64,000 nucleotides of DNA, from positions 324,694,001 to 324,758,000 of the forward strand of contig OZ024740.1 in assembly GCA_964016885.1 (NCBI GenBank), in the 5' to 3' direction. Both the position numbers and the translations under genes were made by a program. Positions 1-13,984 of the stretch are shown piece after piece; position 1 is the stretch's first letter; every line of letters starts with the position of its first letter. Source of the DNA: Eledone cirrhosa. Taxonomy: Eukaryota. Under the pieces are notes generated by a model, which ran no database searches, had not been told where the DNA came from, and saw only the letters and a program-made list of their open reading frames with translations.

Positions 1-77
1 TGCGGCGCTGCAAATGGGTTACATATGAAAAAGTTTGTCCTCATCAGTGGCCTTCCAACCGTCGTAGGCATTTCGTC

Positions 78-407
78 ATAAGATCAAAAGATGGTTAAAA
101 GAATTCCATGTATTTTAGTATGTGCATTTCAAAGACAAATATCATCATGGGATGATATTTGCGTTCTCATCAGATAAAATAGGGAGACATGATATGAAGC
201 TTAAAAAACACTTGCGAGCAGTGAAGGGTTAAATCAATATTTATATATTGATTTAACACTTCACTGCTCGCAAGTGTTTTTTAAGCTTCATATCATGTCT
301 CCCTATTTTATCTGATGAGAACGCAAATATCATCCCATGATGATATTTGTCTTTGAAATGCACATAATAAAATACATGGAATTCTTTTAACCATCTTTTG
401 ATCTTAT
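78..407. mobile_element. Near-perfect fold-back element (163-bp arms, 4-nt loop) carrying a hammerhead motif in each arm; probable PLE pseudo-LTR derivative
   Basis: 78-240 is the reverse complement of 245-407 with about 2 mismatches; a homologous palindrome lies at 61781-62132. Confidence 0.85.
304..374 (+). ncRNA. Type-I hammerhead ribozyme motif
   Basis: Stem I tattttat/ataaaata; CTGATGA at 312-318; stem II gcaaatatcat/atgatatttgt; GAAA at 355-358; short stem III tgcaca; AUA cleavage triplet. Confidence 0.75.
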
Positions 408-496
408 ATTATTTATACTCCAGTCCTATAAACTGTGGAGTGCTACTTATCCGATATTTGCATTGCTTTATTGTGCTACAATAAAACTCACCTCCT

Positions 497-551
<55 letters not shown>

Positions 552-2608
552 CTAATGTATATGTATATATGTATATGTGTTTGTGCATGTATGTGTATAT
601 ATACATAATATTTGACTTTGTACATTGTTAATATATCCAATAACTTACGGACATTTTGTAGCTAACGAAGCGAGTGTTATATTGGTCGTAAATTATAATG
701 ATTGGATGGGAAGAACAGGGAATTAACCAGGCACAGCTGGTCAATATTGTGTGTACATGTATACTCACAAACTTATAGATACAGATACACATACACTCAC
801 ACACAAGCACAGGCCCACTTACACACACTGATACGCTCACACACTCACACACTACTCGCACACAAACAGGCACACAAACACAGGCTCACTAACACATACT
901 CAGACACAGGCTCAAATACACTACCACACAGATATACACGCATGCACACACACACACACACACACACAAACATATATATATATATGTGTGTGGGGTGTGT
1001 GTGTGTGTGGTGTGTGTGTATGTGTGCAAACGTGCATATGTGTCTGTTTGTTCCTCTGTAAGTAACTGAGTCTCTTTTTGTGTATGCGTTTCTCTCTGTG
1101 TGCGCGTGTGACTGCATGTTTGCGAGTATGTCTCTCTTTGAATCCATATTGGATCAAACGAATTAACAAACAAGCGGCCGTGTTTATTCCGGCTCATTGC
1201 TTTCTGAGTTCAAATCGTCCTCTGGCCTACTTGGGCAACAGACCTAATCCTCCGTCTTCTGGTTTAGCACTACTACTACCACCACCTGGTCCTTGGGTGC
1301 CTTTTATGGAGTTTGCTTTGGTGCAAGATTTCAGACAAGTTCTCCGGTTGGAGAAAAACCTTTTCCACTATCTCACTAGTCTCTTACCTCTCTGACTCCT
1401 TTTTTTCCGACTCGTAACTCCTACTTGAAGTTTAGGGGAGCGATAGTAACATACGGCGGTCCTCAAGCATTTGTTAAACTTGGCGGAGCCCATCTCGTCT
1501 TTCAGGCCTGAACACAGCTGATGTCTTGCAGAAAAGGAGAGAGAAATTGAAAAAGCGGGTGTGAGAAAGAGATATCGAGGAAAAATTGATTCTAGTACTG
1601 GACTCGTACCTTTCTTTTTTAACAAACGGGAAAGGATGAGAGGCAAAGTTGACCCAACGAGATTTGAACACAGTGAGGGCAGAGAGGCAGAACAAATACC
1701 CTAAAGTATTCTGTCCGACGTTCTAGCAACTCTGTCAATTGTGAAATTAGTGGATCTATATAAGTGTAACTCCATGCAACATCTACGAAAATGTTCAATA
1801 GAGCTGTATAAAGTGTCTACCAATGAAAATCAAAGTGTTTTTATGTGTATAAACGCATACAGTAGTAGTAAGTTATTCAGGAATAATAAACACAACCACA
1901 AGGATATGGTGCGAACACGGAAGAGCCGAACTCCCACTGTCATCGACTCCATCTCTTTCGCCCTCCTCATCTCTCTGTGTGGTGAGCAAATGGGGTCCCA
2001 CGTGCTGGCCTCCCCACAGCCCCGGTGGACAGAATGTAGAAGGCGTTTCCCCGGAGGCTGGTACGGGAGATCGAATTGACCACCTAATACGTATCTGACT
2101 AAAAGATGAAAAAAATAAATAAATAAAATGAAACGATTTGATATGTTCCTCAGCCAAATGATCGTCATCAATACCATAGTGGCTCCTTCACATATCCAGT
2201 CATGGAACCCTATATAGTTTCCGGACAATTCAAATGAAAATTTAAATGAAACAAACATTGTTTTCGAGAAATAACTAATTTATATAAAAAATCGTTTTTT
2301 AAAAATACTTTCATAATTACATTTTAGGAACTACAGAAATTTTAGAACTACTGCAGTATCCGTAGCTTACACTGAGTGATGGCCTACCGTGTTAACTGTG
2401 TTTAGGTTAGGGTAAGTGTTAGGTTGAGGGTTAATATTTGTAGCTAGACTGTAAAGTGGAAAGCAAACTAAAGTGTAAATATGAGCATTGTGTTTCTTTA
2501 TATATTATAGACTCCACGTTAACGTGGAAACGACGAAATCCATACCTATATTTTACAACATTGGGGTTCATTGCAATAGACAGTAGGTGGAGGAAATAAG
2601 CCAGTGAA

Positions 2609-2639
<31 letters not shown>

Positions 2640-3041
2640 GAGAAAGAGACAGAGTGGGAGATAGAGGGTGGTGATAGAGGGGCGAAAGACAGAGTTCGGG
2701 GGGGGGGGGGGTTCTAGTGAAACAGAGAAAATGTAAAGTTGAAAAATAAAAAGGCAGATTAGAACTGGAAGTGTGAATAATGAGAAAAGAAGAAAGTGGG
2801 CAAGGACAAAAGACAAGAGATCAGAGAAATACGTATGTATGTATGTATGTATGTATGTATGTATGTATATATATCACACAGGAAACGGAGAATCAATGGT
2901 GCGACGAATAAGATTTATTAGACATATTACAATCGTTTCTCTGGCGACCAGCTCGAGGCACGATCGATACAATGATCGAACCTGACTCTGAGATCGGAAG
3001 GTCCTCGGATAATTCTCGATTCTACGAAGCAGAGTTTCCAA

Positions 3042-3127
<86 letters not shown>

Positions 3128-4199
3128 ATATATATATATATACATACATATTTGTCTGATCTCTCTCTCTATATATATATTTGTTATATTTGTGAATGTA
3201 TGTGTGTATTCATTTATTTTCTGCTTTACTAGTTTCAGTTATTAGATCGCTACCCCCCCCCCCCACACACACACCTCCATATATATATTTATATGTATAT
3301 AGATATAGATATATTATATACATCCGTACATACATAGTTGCATACATACATACGTACCTATACACATACGCATATGCCTACCTACATATATACCTACATG
3401 CATACATATCTACATATCTACATTCATACATACATACATACATGCATACATACATATATGCTTAAATACATACATACAAACATACGTACATACATACATA
3501 TATACATACATACATATATGCTTAGATACATACATAGATACATACATACATACATACATACATACATACATACATACATACATACATACATACATACATA
3601 CATACATACATACATACATACATACATACACACATACTTACATATATGTTTAAAAATAAATAATAGAAAAGAGCATGTTGTGGTAGTTGAAGCGGAAAAA
3701 GGTAAAGAATAAAAGATAAAATCTAGACGAAAAATATTGAAATAGAAAATATATCGAATGACATTGGAAAAAACAATCCCTAAACAAACAGAAACGTGAA
3801 AAATCAATGAAAAGAACAGGAGAAATAGATTGGATGAGAATAATGAAAAAAAAAAACGACACACGAAAAATGTAAAAAGAAAATAGAGAAACTAGTAATG
3901 AGGGGAAAATAGCGTAAAAAGAAAACGAGTAGCCATTTTGTTTTTTAACATGACTGGTGATTAAGAATTGAGTCCGATGTTAAATTAATTAACTAATTGG
4001 TGGTAGAATAAGACAGAGAAGAAGGAGGGAATGTTCAAGTCTTGAACTGTAACAGAGATAACTTTGCTTTTCTCCACCTGCATTAGTTATATTCCATGAC
4101 AACTGAATAAAAGACTGTGGCAATTGTTGACTTCGTTGCATTTTAAGATAATTAGTTTTTTGTTTGGCTTCTATTGTACATGGTGTGTGATTGTGTGTG

Positions 4200-4510
4200 T
4201 CTAAACAGTGTGTTGGAGCTCCGTCGGTTCCGACGAAGAGTGTTCCAGTTATCCGAACAATGGAACAGCTTTTTCGGGAAATTAAATGCAAGAAAGTGGC
4301 TGAGCTTAACATAGATACATGTACCCATAACGCAATTTTCAAGCATATTTAACGTGACACAGTGTGTAAAAGACTGGCCCTTTGAATCGCAGGTACAATT
4401 CATTTTTGCTAACTCAGTAAGCTGGAGCAACATAAAATAAAGTGTCTTGCTCAAGGTCATAATGTGCCACCAGGACGCGAACTCAGTACATTAAGCGCGG
4501 TGCTTCAACA
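4200..4510 (-). mobile_element. tRNA-headed SINE with a CORE-like segment (second SINE family); related remnants at about 10681-10840, 24600-24800 and 25170-25290
   Basis: Minus strand gagttcgcgtcc...ccttgagcaagacacttta; the body motifs ctccgtcggtt and ctcaggga.attcagcgtgac recur at the other sites. Confidence 0.6.
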
Positions 4511-4579
4511 TTTATTTTAGATAAGTAGTTCTTTTTTTTGTTTCACTCCTATGATATACTCTGAACGTCTCTTTCTTCC

Positions 4580-5380
4580 AGGGGGACTAAAAAACAACTG
4601 GTCCCGCGCACATTTTGATTGGCACTATATATTCATTTTCTAAGTGATCAACCTTAAATTTTAGGACATGGCAGCTACAATGTCTGAAAAGACAAGAATA
4701 TCCCAATAAGTGCTTCAGCACTGGTGTTTCTGTGTCAAATACTACTATAAATGTGGCTCGTACAAGCAGGTCCAAGATCAATTTCATGCATTTTTTTGGA
4801 ACGGACAAATCTCCCTTCAGAGCCATATACAAAACTGGGTGAAGAGGTTTGAGACCTATGGGACAGTGGAGAACCTCAATACAATATCTGCTGAGCCTCC
4901 TATCGACTCTGGACGACCCAGAAAGCGCACACAGGAAGTTATTGACATGGTCCGAGAAAGTATTGAACAGGGTACAAAAGGATATCTGCGTAGGAGAAGC
5001 CAATACTTAGGTCTCTCCACAGAAACTTTCAGATGTGTTGTCAAAGAGGTTCTAAGAAGAAACCAGTACATAAAAGCTTAATATAGCTGAAGAAACCCCC
5101 CCCCCCCCCCCCAAAAAAAAAGAAATGACTATAGCTGAGAAAATACAGGGAGAACAACCCAAATTTTCTGAATCTGCCGTGGACCTTTAATGAAGCCCAC
5201 TTTCACTTCGATGGGACAATCATCTTTTGGAACAATGTATTCTGGACGTCAGAGAAATCCACTGAAGAGGCTGTGAAGCATTTCCATTTAGCTAAATATA
5301 CTGTCTGAGTTGATTGGCCTATTCTTTTTCGAAGAAAATGGCGTAACTGCTGTAGTCACAAAGGAATGCTATGTGGAGGC
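4580..5380 (+). mobile_element. Degenerate Tc1/mariner-type transposase remnant (N-terminal HTH, DUF4817-like)
   Basis: ORF 4710-5081 reads YYYKCGSYKQVQDQF...IQNWVKRFETYGTV...SGRPR; downstream broken frames give EAHFHFDG and FFFEENG; no TIR pair identified. Confidence 0.7.
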
Positions 5381-6709
5381 CGCAGTTTGCTCATGACTGC
5401 TCTGTACTATAGAATGTTTTCTCTACACTATAGAATGTTTTATCTGTACTATAGAATGACATTGGTGTTTGGTAAAATTTTATATTTGATATTTAATTCT
5501 GATATTTTTACCGGCTGTCTGAACTCTGAATTCAAGTCCCATCGATTTTGCTTTTCGTCCCCTTGAGATCGATACAATACTAGTCAAGGACTGTGAATTA
5601 GCAAATCCGTTCGTATGTCTGATAGGATAAGTTACGATATTTACTTTATCCCTATGGCTATTTAGGTGATAGATTTAATCCATCATATGGTTTAACAATT
5701 CCACCCAACTTTTGTGAGCCGCTGGCACAGTACACTTTATTGCAATCTTTCGGGCAAGATTTTGCCTTTGAGAGCACATTACAAACAAACGCAAAGGTCC
5801 TGATTAGTTGAATGTATATTATCCTTCCTTGAGTAAACAGTAAGAAATAATTGTCTTTCTACATACTATAAAATTTCAGTATTGGGTGGATATATTACTG
5901 ATATAATCGTTTATTCGATCTAGTTTTAATCCAATCTACGACTAATCTAATCCAGTCACTGTATTAGATGTATCTTTGTCTGGTTTTACATTCATGTAGA
6001 TTTCTTAGCCCGACTGCACGAAACCGTCTAGAAATGGAAATGGTATTCTATTTATATGAAACACATGTAAGGCTCCAGGTACTGCAAAAGCTTTGATGAT
6101 GAATGAAACAGAACTAGTCTTGTAAAAGTCACCATTCGCATAAACATACATACATACGTACAAACATGCATACGTATAAAGATACACGTATACGTACATA
6201 CATGCATACGTACATATATATATACATATATATACATACGAGCAAACACATATACACAGGCATAAACATACACATGTATATATATATATATATATACACA
6301 CATATGTATATATGGTAGTGAGTGTGCATGCGTGTTTGTAAATATGTGTTAGTATCAGTTTCTATGTGTGTATCAGGTAAAATGCCTACTTCATACTGAT
6401 GTACACATTTCTCCCATAATACAAATAAACAAATAAGTAAACAAGCGAACTATATCAGTAATTAGGCAAAGGGAGGTCACTGAAGGAATAGTTTCAGCTA
6501 AGAGTTCAGCCATTAAAATACATTAAATAAACTGCTTTGAGCAGCAACCAATGAGATTAAGTAATCTAATAGACTGAATTATATACATTATATACAGCCA
6601 TATATGCATGCATACATATATAAATGCATACGCTCATATATACACAGATGTATATATATAAACACATATCCATACATACATATGTACACATACACACACA
6701 CACACACAT

Positions 6710-6740
<31 letters not shown>

Positions 6741-6983
6741 CATACTGTTTATATATATGTATATGTGTGTGTATATATGTGTGTGTATGTGCGCATGTAT
6801 ATATATTTAGATAGATATATAAATACACATATACGCTACATACATATACATATGTAGGTATGTGTGCGTATGTATATATATATTTAGATAGATATATAAA
6901 TACACATATACGCTACATACATATACATATGTAGGTATGTGTACGTGTGCATATAATGTCATTAGATTACATTACTGTTTTGC

Positions 6984-7034
<51 letters not shown>

Positions 7035-7514
7035 TCCATGTATATGTATAGTTATACGCATACACAAACACACACACACACACACACACATATGTATATA
7101 CACATACAGAAACAGAAACAAATATATATTTACATACGTACACAAAAACGCACACATATATACATGCGTACACACAAACAAATATACATATACATGCACA
7201 CACACACATATATATATATATACACACACATATATATATATACATACATATATACATATATATATATACGCACATATATACATATACTATTACTATTATG
7301 TATTCCTGTTTTTTTGCCTGTCTATCTCTCCCTCCTATTTCTATCTCTGAAACTATCTCACTCTGTTCGATCTATATGAAATATTAGTAACATACTAACA
7401 CCTCTAGTTGTAATTTAATTCACTAAAACTAATTTACACTTATGCTAATTAACTTACATTGGCCTTGAAATAATAGTAACATTATTAGTAATAATATTAT
7501 TAGTAATAATGATT

Positions 7515-8490
7515 TCTACTATAGGCACAAGGCCAGTAATTTGGGAGAAGGGGAAAGTCGATTAAATCGACCCCAGTACATTACTGGTGCTTTATTTTAT
7601 CGACCCCGCAAGGATGAAAGGCAAAGCTAACCTCGGTGGGATTTGAATATAAAGGAGCGTAACCCTATGCTATAAAACATGCTGTCCGACACTCTACCGA
7701 TACTGATAAAATTTTACCAGTTCAAAACTTCAAGTAAAACGGTGATCTACATTTAGATCTGTAACAAACATAAATATGCCCAGTGCATTACTGGTACTTT
7801 ATTTTATCGACCCCGTAAGGATGAAAGGCAAAGTTAACCATGGCGGGATTTGAACTCAGAATAGCAAGGGCCGTAACGCTATGCGTCAAAGCATGGCGTC
7901 AGACCCTCTCCCGATACTGCCAATTCACCGCCTGTGTAATATAAATATTATTGTTTTTACTTTTGGCACAAGGCCAGCAATTACTCAGTACATTACTGGT
8001 ACTATATTTTATTGACTCCGTAAGGATGAAAGGCAAAGTTAACCTCGGCGAGATTTGGACTCAGATCAAAAAGGGACGTAACTCTATGCTTCAAAGCATG
8101 GCGTCCGACTCTCCACTGATACTGCCAAATGAGGTAAAGATATAAATAGTTTAGCTCATCCCTTACTGACATTAGTACCTTTTCCACAGTTTAGTCGGGG
8201 ATGGAGAACCTGCCTCTATGAGAGAAAAGTATAAGAATGAGAGTGATCCCAGAACTGTTCATGTAGTCGTAAGGTCTCCTTCCTGACACATGGTGTATTT
8301 TGGGCATTTTTAAATTTGAGAAAACGTCGGTTATATCGTTCCCAGTACACAAATGGTACTTTATTCTATCACTCCCGGAAGGAAAAGAAGCAAAGTTGAT
8401 CTCGATGGGATTTGAACTCAGAATATAAAGAATCGGATCAATTAATTCTATGTAGTTACTTGTCCAACACAAAAATGTTTCTGCTAATTC
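7515..8490 (-). mobile_element. Cluster of 4 tRNA-derived SINE copies (main family)
   Basis: Repeated ggcacaaggccagcaatt...actggtactttattttatcgaccccgtaaggatgaaaggcaaagttaacctcggcgggatttgaactcag; A/B boxes on the minus strand; fourth copy degenerate. Confidence 0.85.
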
Positions 8491-8532
8491 CACACCCTAA
8501 AAACAATAACAATGATAATAATAATAATAATG

Positions 8533-8563
<31 letters not shown>

Positions 8564-8667
8564 TAACAATAATAATAATAATAATAACAGCAATAAAAAC
8601 AATAACATTATAAGTGATACCATTTACCAATTAACAACATTAACAATAAAACAGCTATAGTATTTAT

Positions 8668-8704
<37 letters not shown>

Positions 8705-8829
8705 CGTTAAATCCTAGAAAAAGAACCAGAATCCACCATTACAACTTGAACCACAACAGCAATAACTGCCGCAACAAAAACAAGAACTAGCACAACAACA
8801 TCGCAAGTAATACCATTTATATAAATCAT

Positions 8830-9150
8830 GAACAACACCAACAACAACAACAACCAGAATATCAACAGAAACAGCAACAACAACATCAACAACGCTAACA
8901 CCAACAACAACAACAACCAGAATATCAACAGAAACAGCAACAACAACATCAACAACGCTAACACCAACAACAACAACAACCAGAATATCAACAGAAACAG
9001 CAACAACAACATCAACAACGCTAACACCAACAACAACAACAACCAGAATATCAACAGAAACAGCAACAACAACATCAACAACGCTAACACCACCACCAAT
9101 ACAACCAGAATATCAACAGAAACAGCAACAACAACATCAACAACGCTAAC
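8830..9150. repeat. 60-bp minisatellite (about 5 units) built from AAC-type triplets
   Basis: Unit aacaacaacaaccagaatatcaacagaaacagcaacaacaacatcaacaacgctaacacc repeats in 60-nt register. Confidence 0.9.
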
Positions 9151-9369
9151 ACCACCACCACCAACAACAACAACACAACAACAACAAGAGCAACAACAGT
9201 AAGTAAAAGCCAGAAGATGCTGAAGGTAGAGTTCCAAGGAGAGACAAAAACTAATTACTTAAATCAACTAAAGGAAAGCTAGGAGGCTAATTAACTTAAT
9301 CAACTACAGGACAGCTATACTAATTAATTCTCTCGGTTTATATCTTCCAATTTTTGTCATTTTATTATT

Positions 9370-9542
9370 TTATGCACAAACATGCTTGACAATAGCGTTG
9401 CTATAGTAATATGCCTCTAAAGACTTGATCTGATGAAGAGTCAACAATCTCCGAAATGCATAAAAGCAATTTCCTATGGTTTTTTCCCGTCTGTGTGATA
9501 CAAAGGAGTAGGTGAAAGTATTCGCAGTACATTTTTTCACGT
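9370..9542 (-). CDS. Candidate terminal coding exon (phase 1) of an unknown gene
   Basis: Acceptor tttattatttattag; open frame (D)VKKCTANTFTYSF...KHVCA*; unique non-repeat sequence. Confidence 0.3.
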
Positions 9543-9681
9543 CTAATAAATAATAAAGGAACAACTAAAGTCGTATCTTAATTTCCAATAAATCTTCATA
9601 CACAAATAAATACACACACACATATATATACATATATATATACATAAATACACACATAAATACACATAAATACACATATAA

Positions 9682-9738
<57 letters not shown>

Positions 9739-10570
9739 GTGACACACATTCCCACACTACAATAGCAATTACAACAACACCAATTTTGTGTCACAGTCAT
9801 TATGTATCACCAAATAAATACCTACCAAAATACATACATATATACACACATACATACATACACACACACATACATACATACATACAAACATACATAAAAA
9901 CATACATACATAAATACATGCAAGCATATACATACATATATACACATACATACACACACATATATATATATACATACATGCATACATACACACATACATA
10001 CATTTATACATGTTTACATACATACATACACACATACCTATATACACATATATATACATACATACATACATACATACATACATACATACATACATACATA
10101 CATACATACATAAATACATACATACATATATACACACATACAACCATATATACATAGATGCATACATACAACCATATATACATAGATGCATACATACTTA
10201 CATACATACATTAATACATACATTCATACATATATACCTACATACATATATGCGTATATATGTGTTATGCACTAATTAAATTAAGAAATTAGTGAGGGTG
10301 TGAGGGCGTTGAGTGTAATATATATTTTTACTTCAATTACAATTTGAACTGAAAGCGACACCAGGTGTTCCATGAATAAACACCCCTCATTTGACATTGT
10401 AACTTGTGGTTTTACATCATTGAACGAGACTAATTTAGTAACTGTCATTCCTTTGTTGTTTAGTTATTAATTTGTCTATTAATTTATTTATTAATATATT
10501 TAATTTATTAATTTGGTTAACTAATATTGTCCCTGTTGAACCATGGTAAACTGAGATAGGTGTGTAATAA

Positions 10571-10682
<112 letters not shown>

Positions 10683-10843
10683 CCGTCGGTTTCGACTATA
10701 AGTATTTCTGTTTTTTTCTTATCAACGGAACACCTGCTCATGACAGCAACCTATAAATGACTGAGCATTCGACAATCACACCAACCTTTAAGAAATTCAG
10801 CGTGACAAATTGTGCGCTAATGATGGCTCTGTGAATAAGGACC

Positions 10844-10995
10844 TCAATACTCCCTATGAATAACATCCTGCTGTGTATAACAAGTGGTTACAGGACATGC
10901 ACACTTCCTTTGTTTAGGATCCTTCAAATTTCCAGGAAGATCCATTGGACTCCCTCTTAATAATGTCCTGCTGTATATTCGCAATAAATACGATC
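10844..10995 (-). CDS. Candidate coding exon (phase 1) of an unknown gene
   Basis: Acceptor tttatttacttacag; frame compatible with the 14954 donor, giving (G)SYLLRIYSRTLLRGSPMDLPG...KCACPVTTC...EY*. Confidence 0.35.
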
Positions 10996-11494
10996 CTGTA
11001 AGTAAATAAATAATGAGAAGAAGAAGAAGAAGAAGAAGAAGAAGAAGAAGAAGAAGAAGAAGAAGAAGAAGAAGAAGAAGAAGAAGAAAGAAAAATGAAA
11101 CACAGAAAGAAAAAAAAAAGAATGAGAGAAAATACATTTGAAAAGAGGGAGAATAAAAATACTAAAACGAATAAGAAAACAAAATGTGAGCGAATACCAC
11201 CACCACCACCACCACCACCACCAAACACAATAAAAACAACAGAGCAACAACAACCAGAACAACACAATTAACAGTAACAACAAACTATCAATAGCAAGAA
11301 GACCAGCAACGAAGACAAAAGCAATAAGAACATAAACAAGGACAACAAGTACAATAACAACAACAATAATATGTTTTAAACTAGAAATAGTTAAGAAAAA
11401 TCTCTGATATAAGAAGTAGAATAATTGAAACATAAATAGAATAATGAAAATATAGAAACAATACAATATCATGGATAAATGTAAGTATATATGA

Positions 11495-11599
<105 letters not shown>

Positions 11600-11709
11600 C
11601 ACACATATGCATGTATACGTACAAATATATAAACATACACACTATATACACATACATACATGCATGTATAATTATATACATACTTACATGCATACAGATT
11701 GTTAGAGGG

Positions 11710-11765
<56 letters not shown>

Positions 11766-11934
11766 GGGTAGGGAAAGATAGATAGATAGATACTTCGTTT
11801 TGAATTTGCTTTGCATGATTTTTTCTGTGAAAACGTGTGTTGAAATAAATATTATACTTTAAGAGGATCGTATTGCTAATAAAAAAGTATAGAGACCAGA
11901 TAAGTTTCATTTCCGTTTCATTATAAGCTCGGTA

Positions 11935-12290
11935 TCTGAGAGTTTAACTTTGTCTTTCATCATTACGGTGTCGATAAAATAAAGTACCAGTCACTCACTG
12001 GTGTCGATTGAATCGACTTTCTTTTCCCTCCAAATTCTTGGCCTTCTGCCTGAATCAGAAACCATTATAAGCTCGGTAAATAAGGATGGTGGATTGGATG
12101 AATTGGTAGAGTTTTCAATAAAATGCCATTTTAGATAATCATACTGGCTCTTGCATAGGGAGTTCGAATCCCACCGAGGTCATCTTTTCGTTTCAGTTTT
12201 CCAGGGTCAATAAAATAATGTAGCCGTCACGTACTGCGGGTGATTTTATCAACTTTGCCCACACCCAATATCACTGCTACATTAGAAACC
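11935..12290 (+). mobile_element. Two degenerate main-family SINE copies
   Basis: gtcgataaaataaagtaccagt body motif and B box ggagttcgaatccc. Confidence 0.7.
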
Positions 12291-12339
12291 ATTATTGATT
12301 ATGTAACTAATCCGTTTGTCGTTAGTTTATTAGGTGTAT

Positions 12340-12519
12340 GGTTATTTAATTGTTATATGTAATCGTCAAAGCACTTTTAGCACACATTCTGTGACCTTCT
12401 CAATGACATTTCTTGTTTCTTTTCGTATTCTCTTCGTCGTTTCAATTTGGTTTTAATTTCTCCATTCTGTTTTTCTGAAGGAATAGATGGAGTATACACA
12501 CACACACACACACACATAC

Positions 12520-12586
<67 letters not shown>

Positions 12587-12720
12587 TGTGTGTGTGTGTG
12601 TATATATGTATATATACTCCATCTATTCCTTCAGAAAAACAGAATGGAAAAATTAAAACCAAATTGAAACGAAGAGAATACGAAAAGAAACACGAAATGT
12701 CATTGAGAAGGTCACACATA
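12340..12720. mobile_element. Fold-back PLE pseudo-LTR fragment whose loop is a (CA)n(TA)n(TG)n microsatellite
   Basis: About 12390-12496 is inverted against 12612-12716; shares cacacattctgtgacc with the PLE at 34020-35530. Confidence 0.65.
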
Positions 12721-12726
12721 CACACA

Positions 12727-12894
<168 letters not shown>

Positions 12895-13507
12895 AAGAGT
12901 GTGTGTTTACTGAGCTAAGCCCGGAAAGCCTGCTAACCAAAGTGGTACTCGATGCATAATAGGAGGCAGAGTTGGTATATTTAGGACGAAAATATTCGTT
13001 CATGTACTCCTACGGTTTCTGCTTGTATATATAAATACCTACATACATACATAAATACATAGATACATACATACACACATTCAGTCGTCCGTAATGCTTA
13101 CATACATATATGACATAGAATGAAATTACAAACGAAAAGAAAGAAAGATAGAAAGAAAATAAGAAAGAAAGAAAGGAGGAAAGAAAGAAAACATTTATGA
13201 AGAGGAGGCAATCCTGTCCGAAAGGATTGATTATAATTAGTTGTCTTTGAATAGGAATAAGTGGTTCAAAATATTTCTCTAATTAATTTAGGTTCTAATC
13301 TATTTATGTATGTTTTTATCAATGCATCTATACATACACAGATACATATATATATGACATGCAGGGTTGATATGTATATATGTATGCATGCATACATATA
13401 TATATATATATATATATAAGACACCTACATGCACACGCACATCAAGCTCACTATCATGGACTGACACATGCACACGTACACTCCCATAGACACGCACACT
13501 CCCATAG

Positions 13508-13607
<100 letters not shown>

Positions 13608-13984
13608 ACAATATAGTAATTATTTGATTGCTTGTTTGTTTCCATACTTTCTGCTGTCATTTTATGGAGGCCGAGAATTTTCGCTGCCAGCTGATTTTAA
13701 TCAATAGAACACGAGAAACTCAGATGATGTTACACTTTATATATTTCTGCTAATTGGATCAACACAGCGAGGTTCATTCTATGTCCTCTTCTTCCTACTC
13801 CTTCTCTCCTCGTCGCTCATGCTTCTTCAATCTCATGACAACAACAACAGCAATAAAACAAACAAGGTCGGTAATAACAACAACTAAGGCAACAGTATCA
13901 ATTACCATAATGATACGATTGTTAATAAATATAAGTAATGGTAATAACGATTTCTTTATTAGCCACAAGGGTTTTTTCTATAGA

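Noticed and set aside
2400-2435. Telomere-like ttaggg variants
   Set aside because: Only a few degenerate units; not an interstitial telomeric array
3989-4342. 117-aa ORF with an apparent signal peptide
   Set aside because: Its 5' half is SINE body sequence that recurs at 10681 and 24720-25290; no splice support
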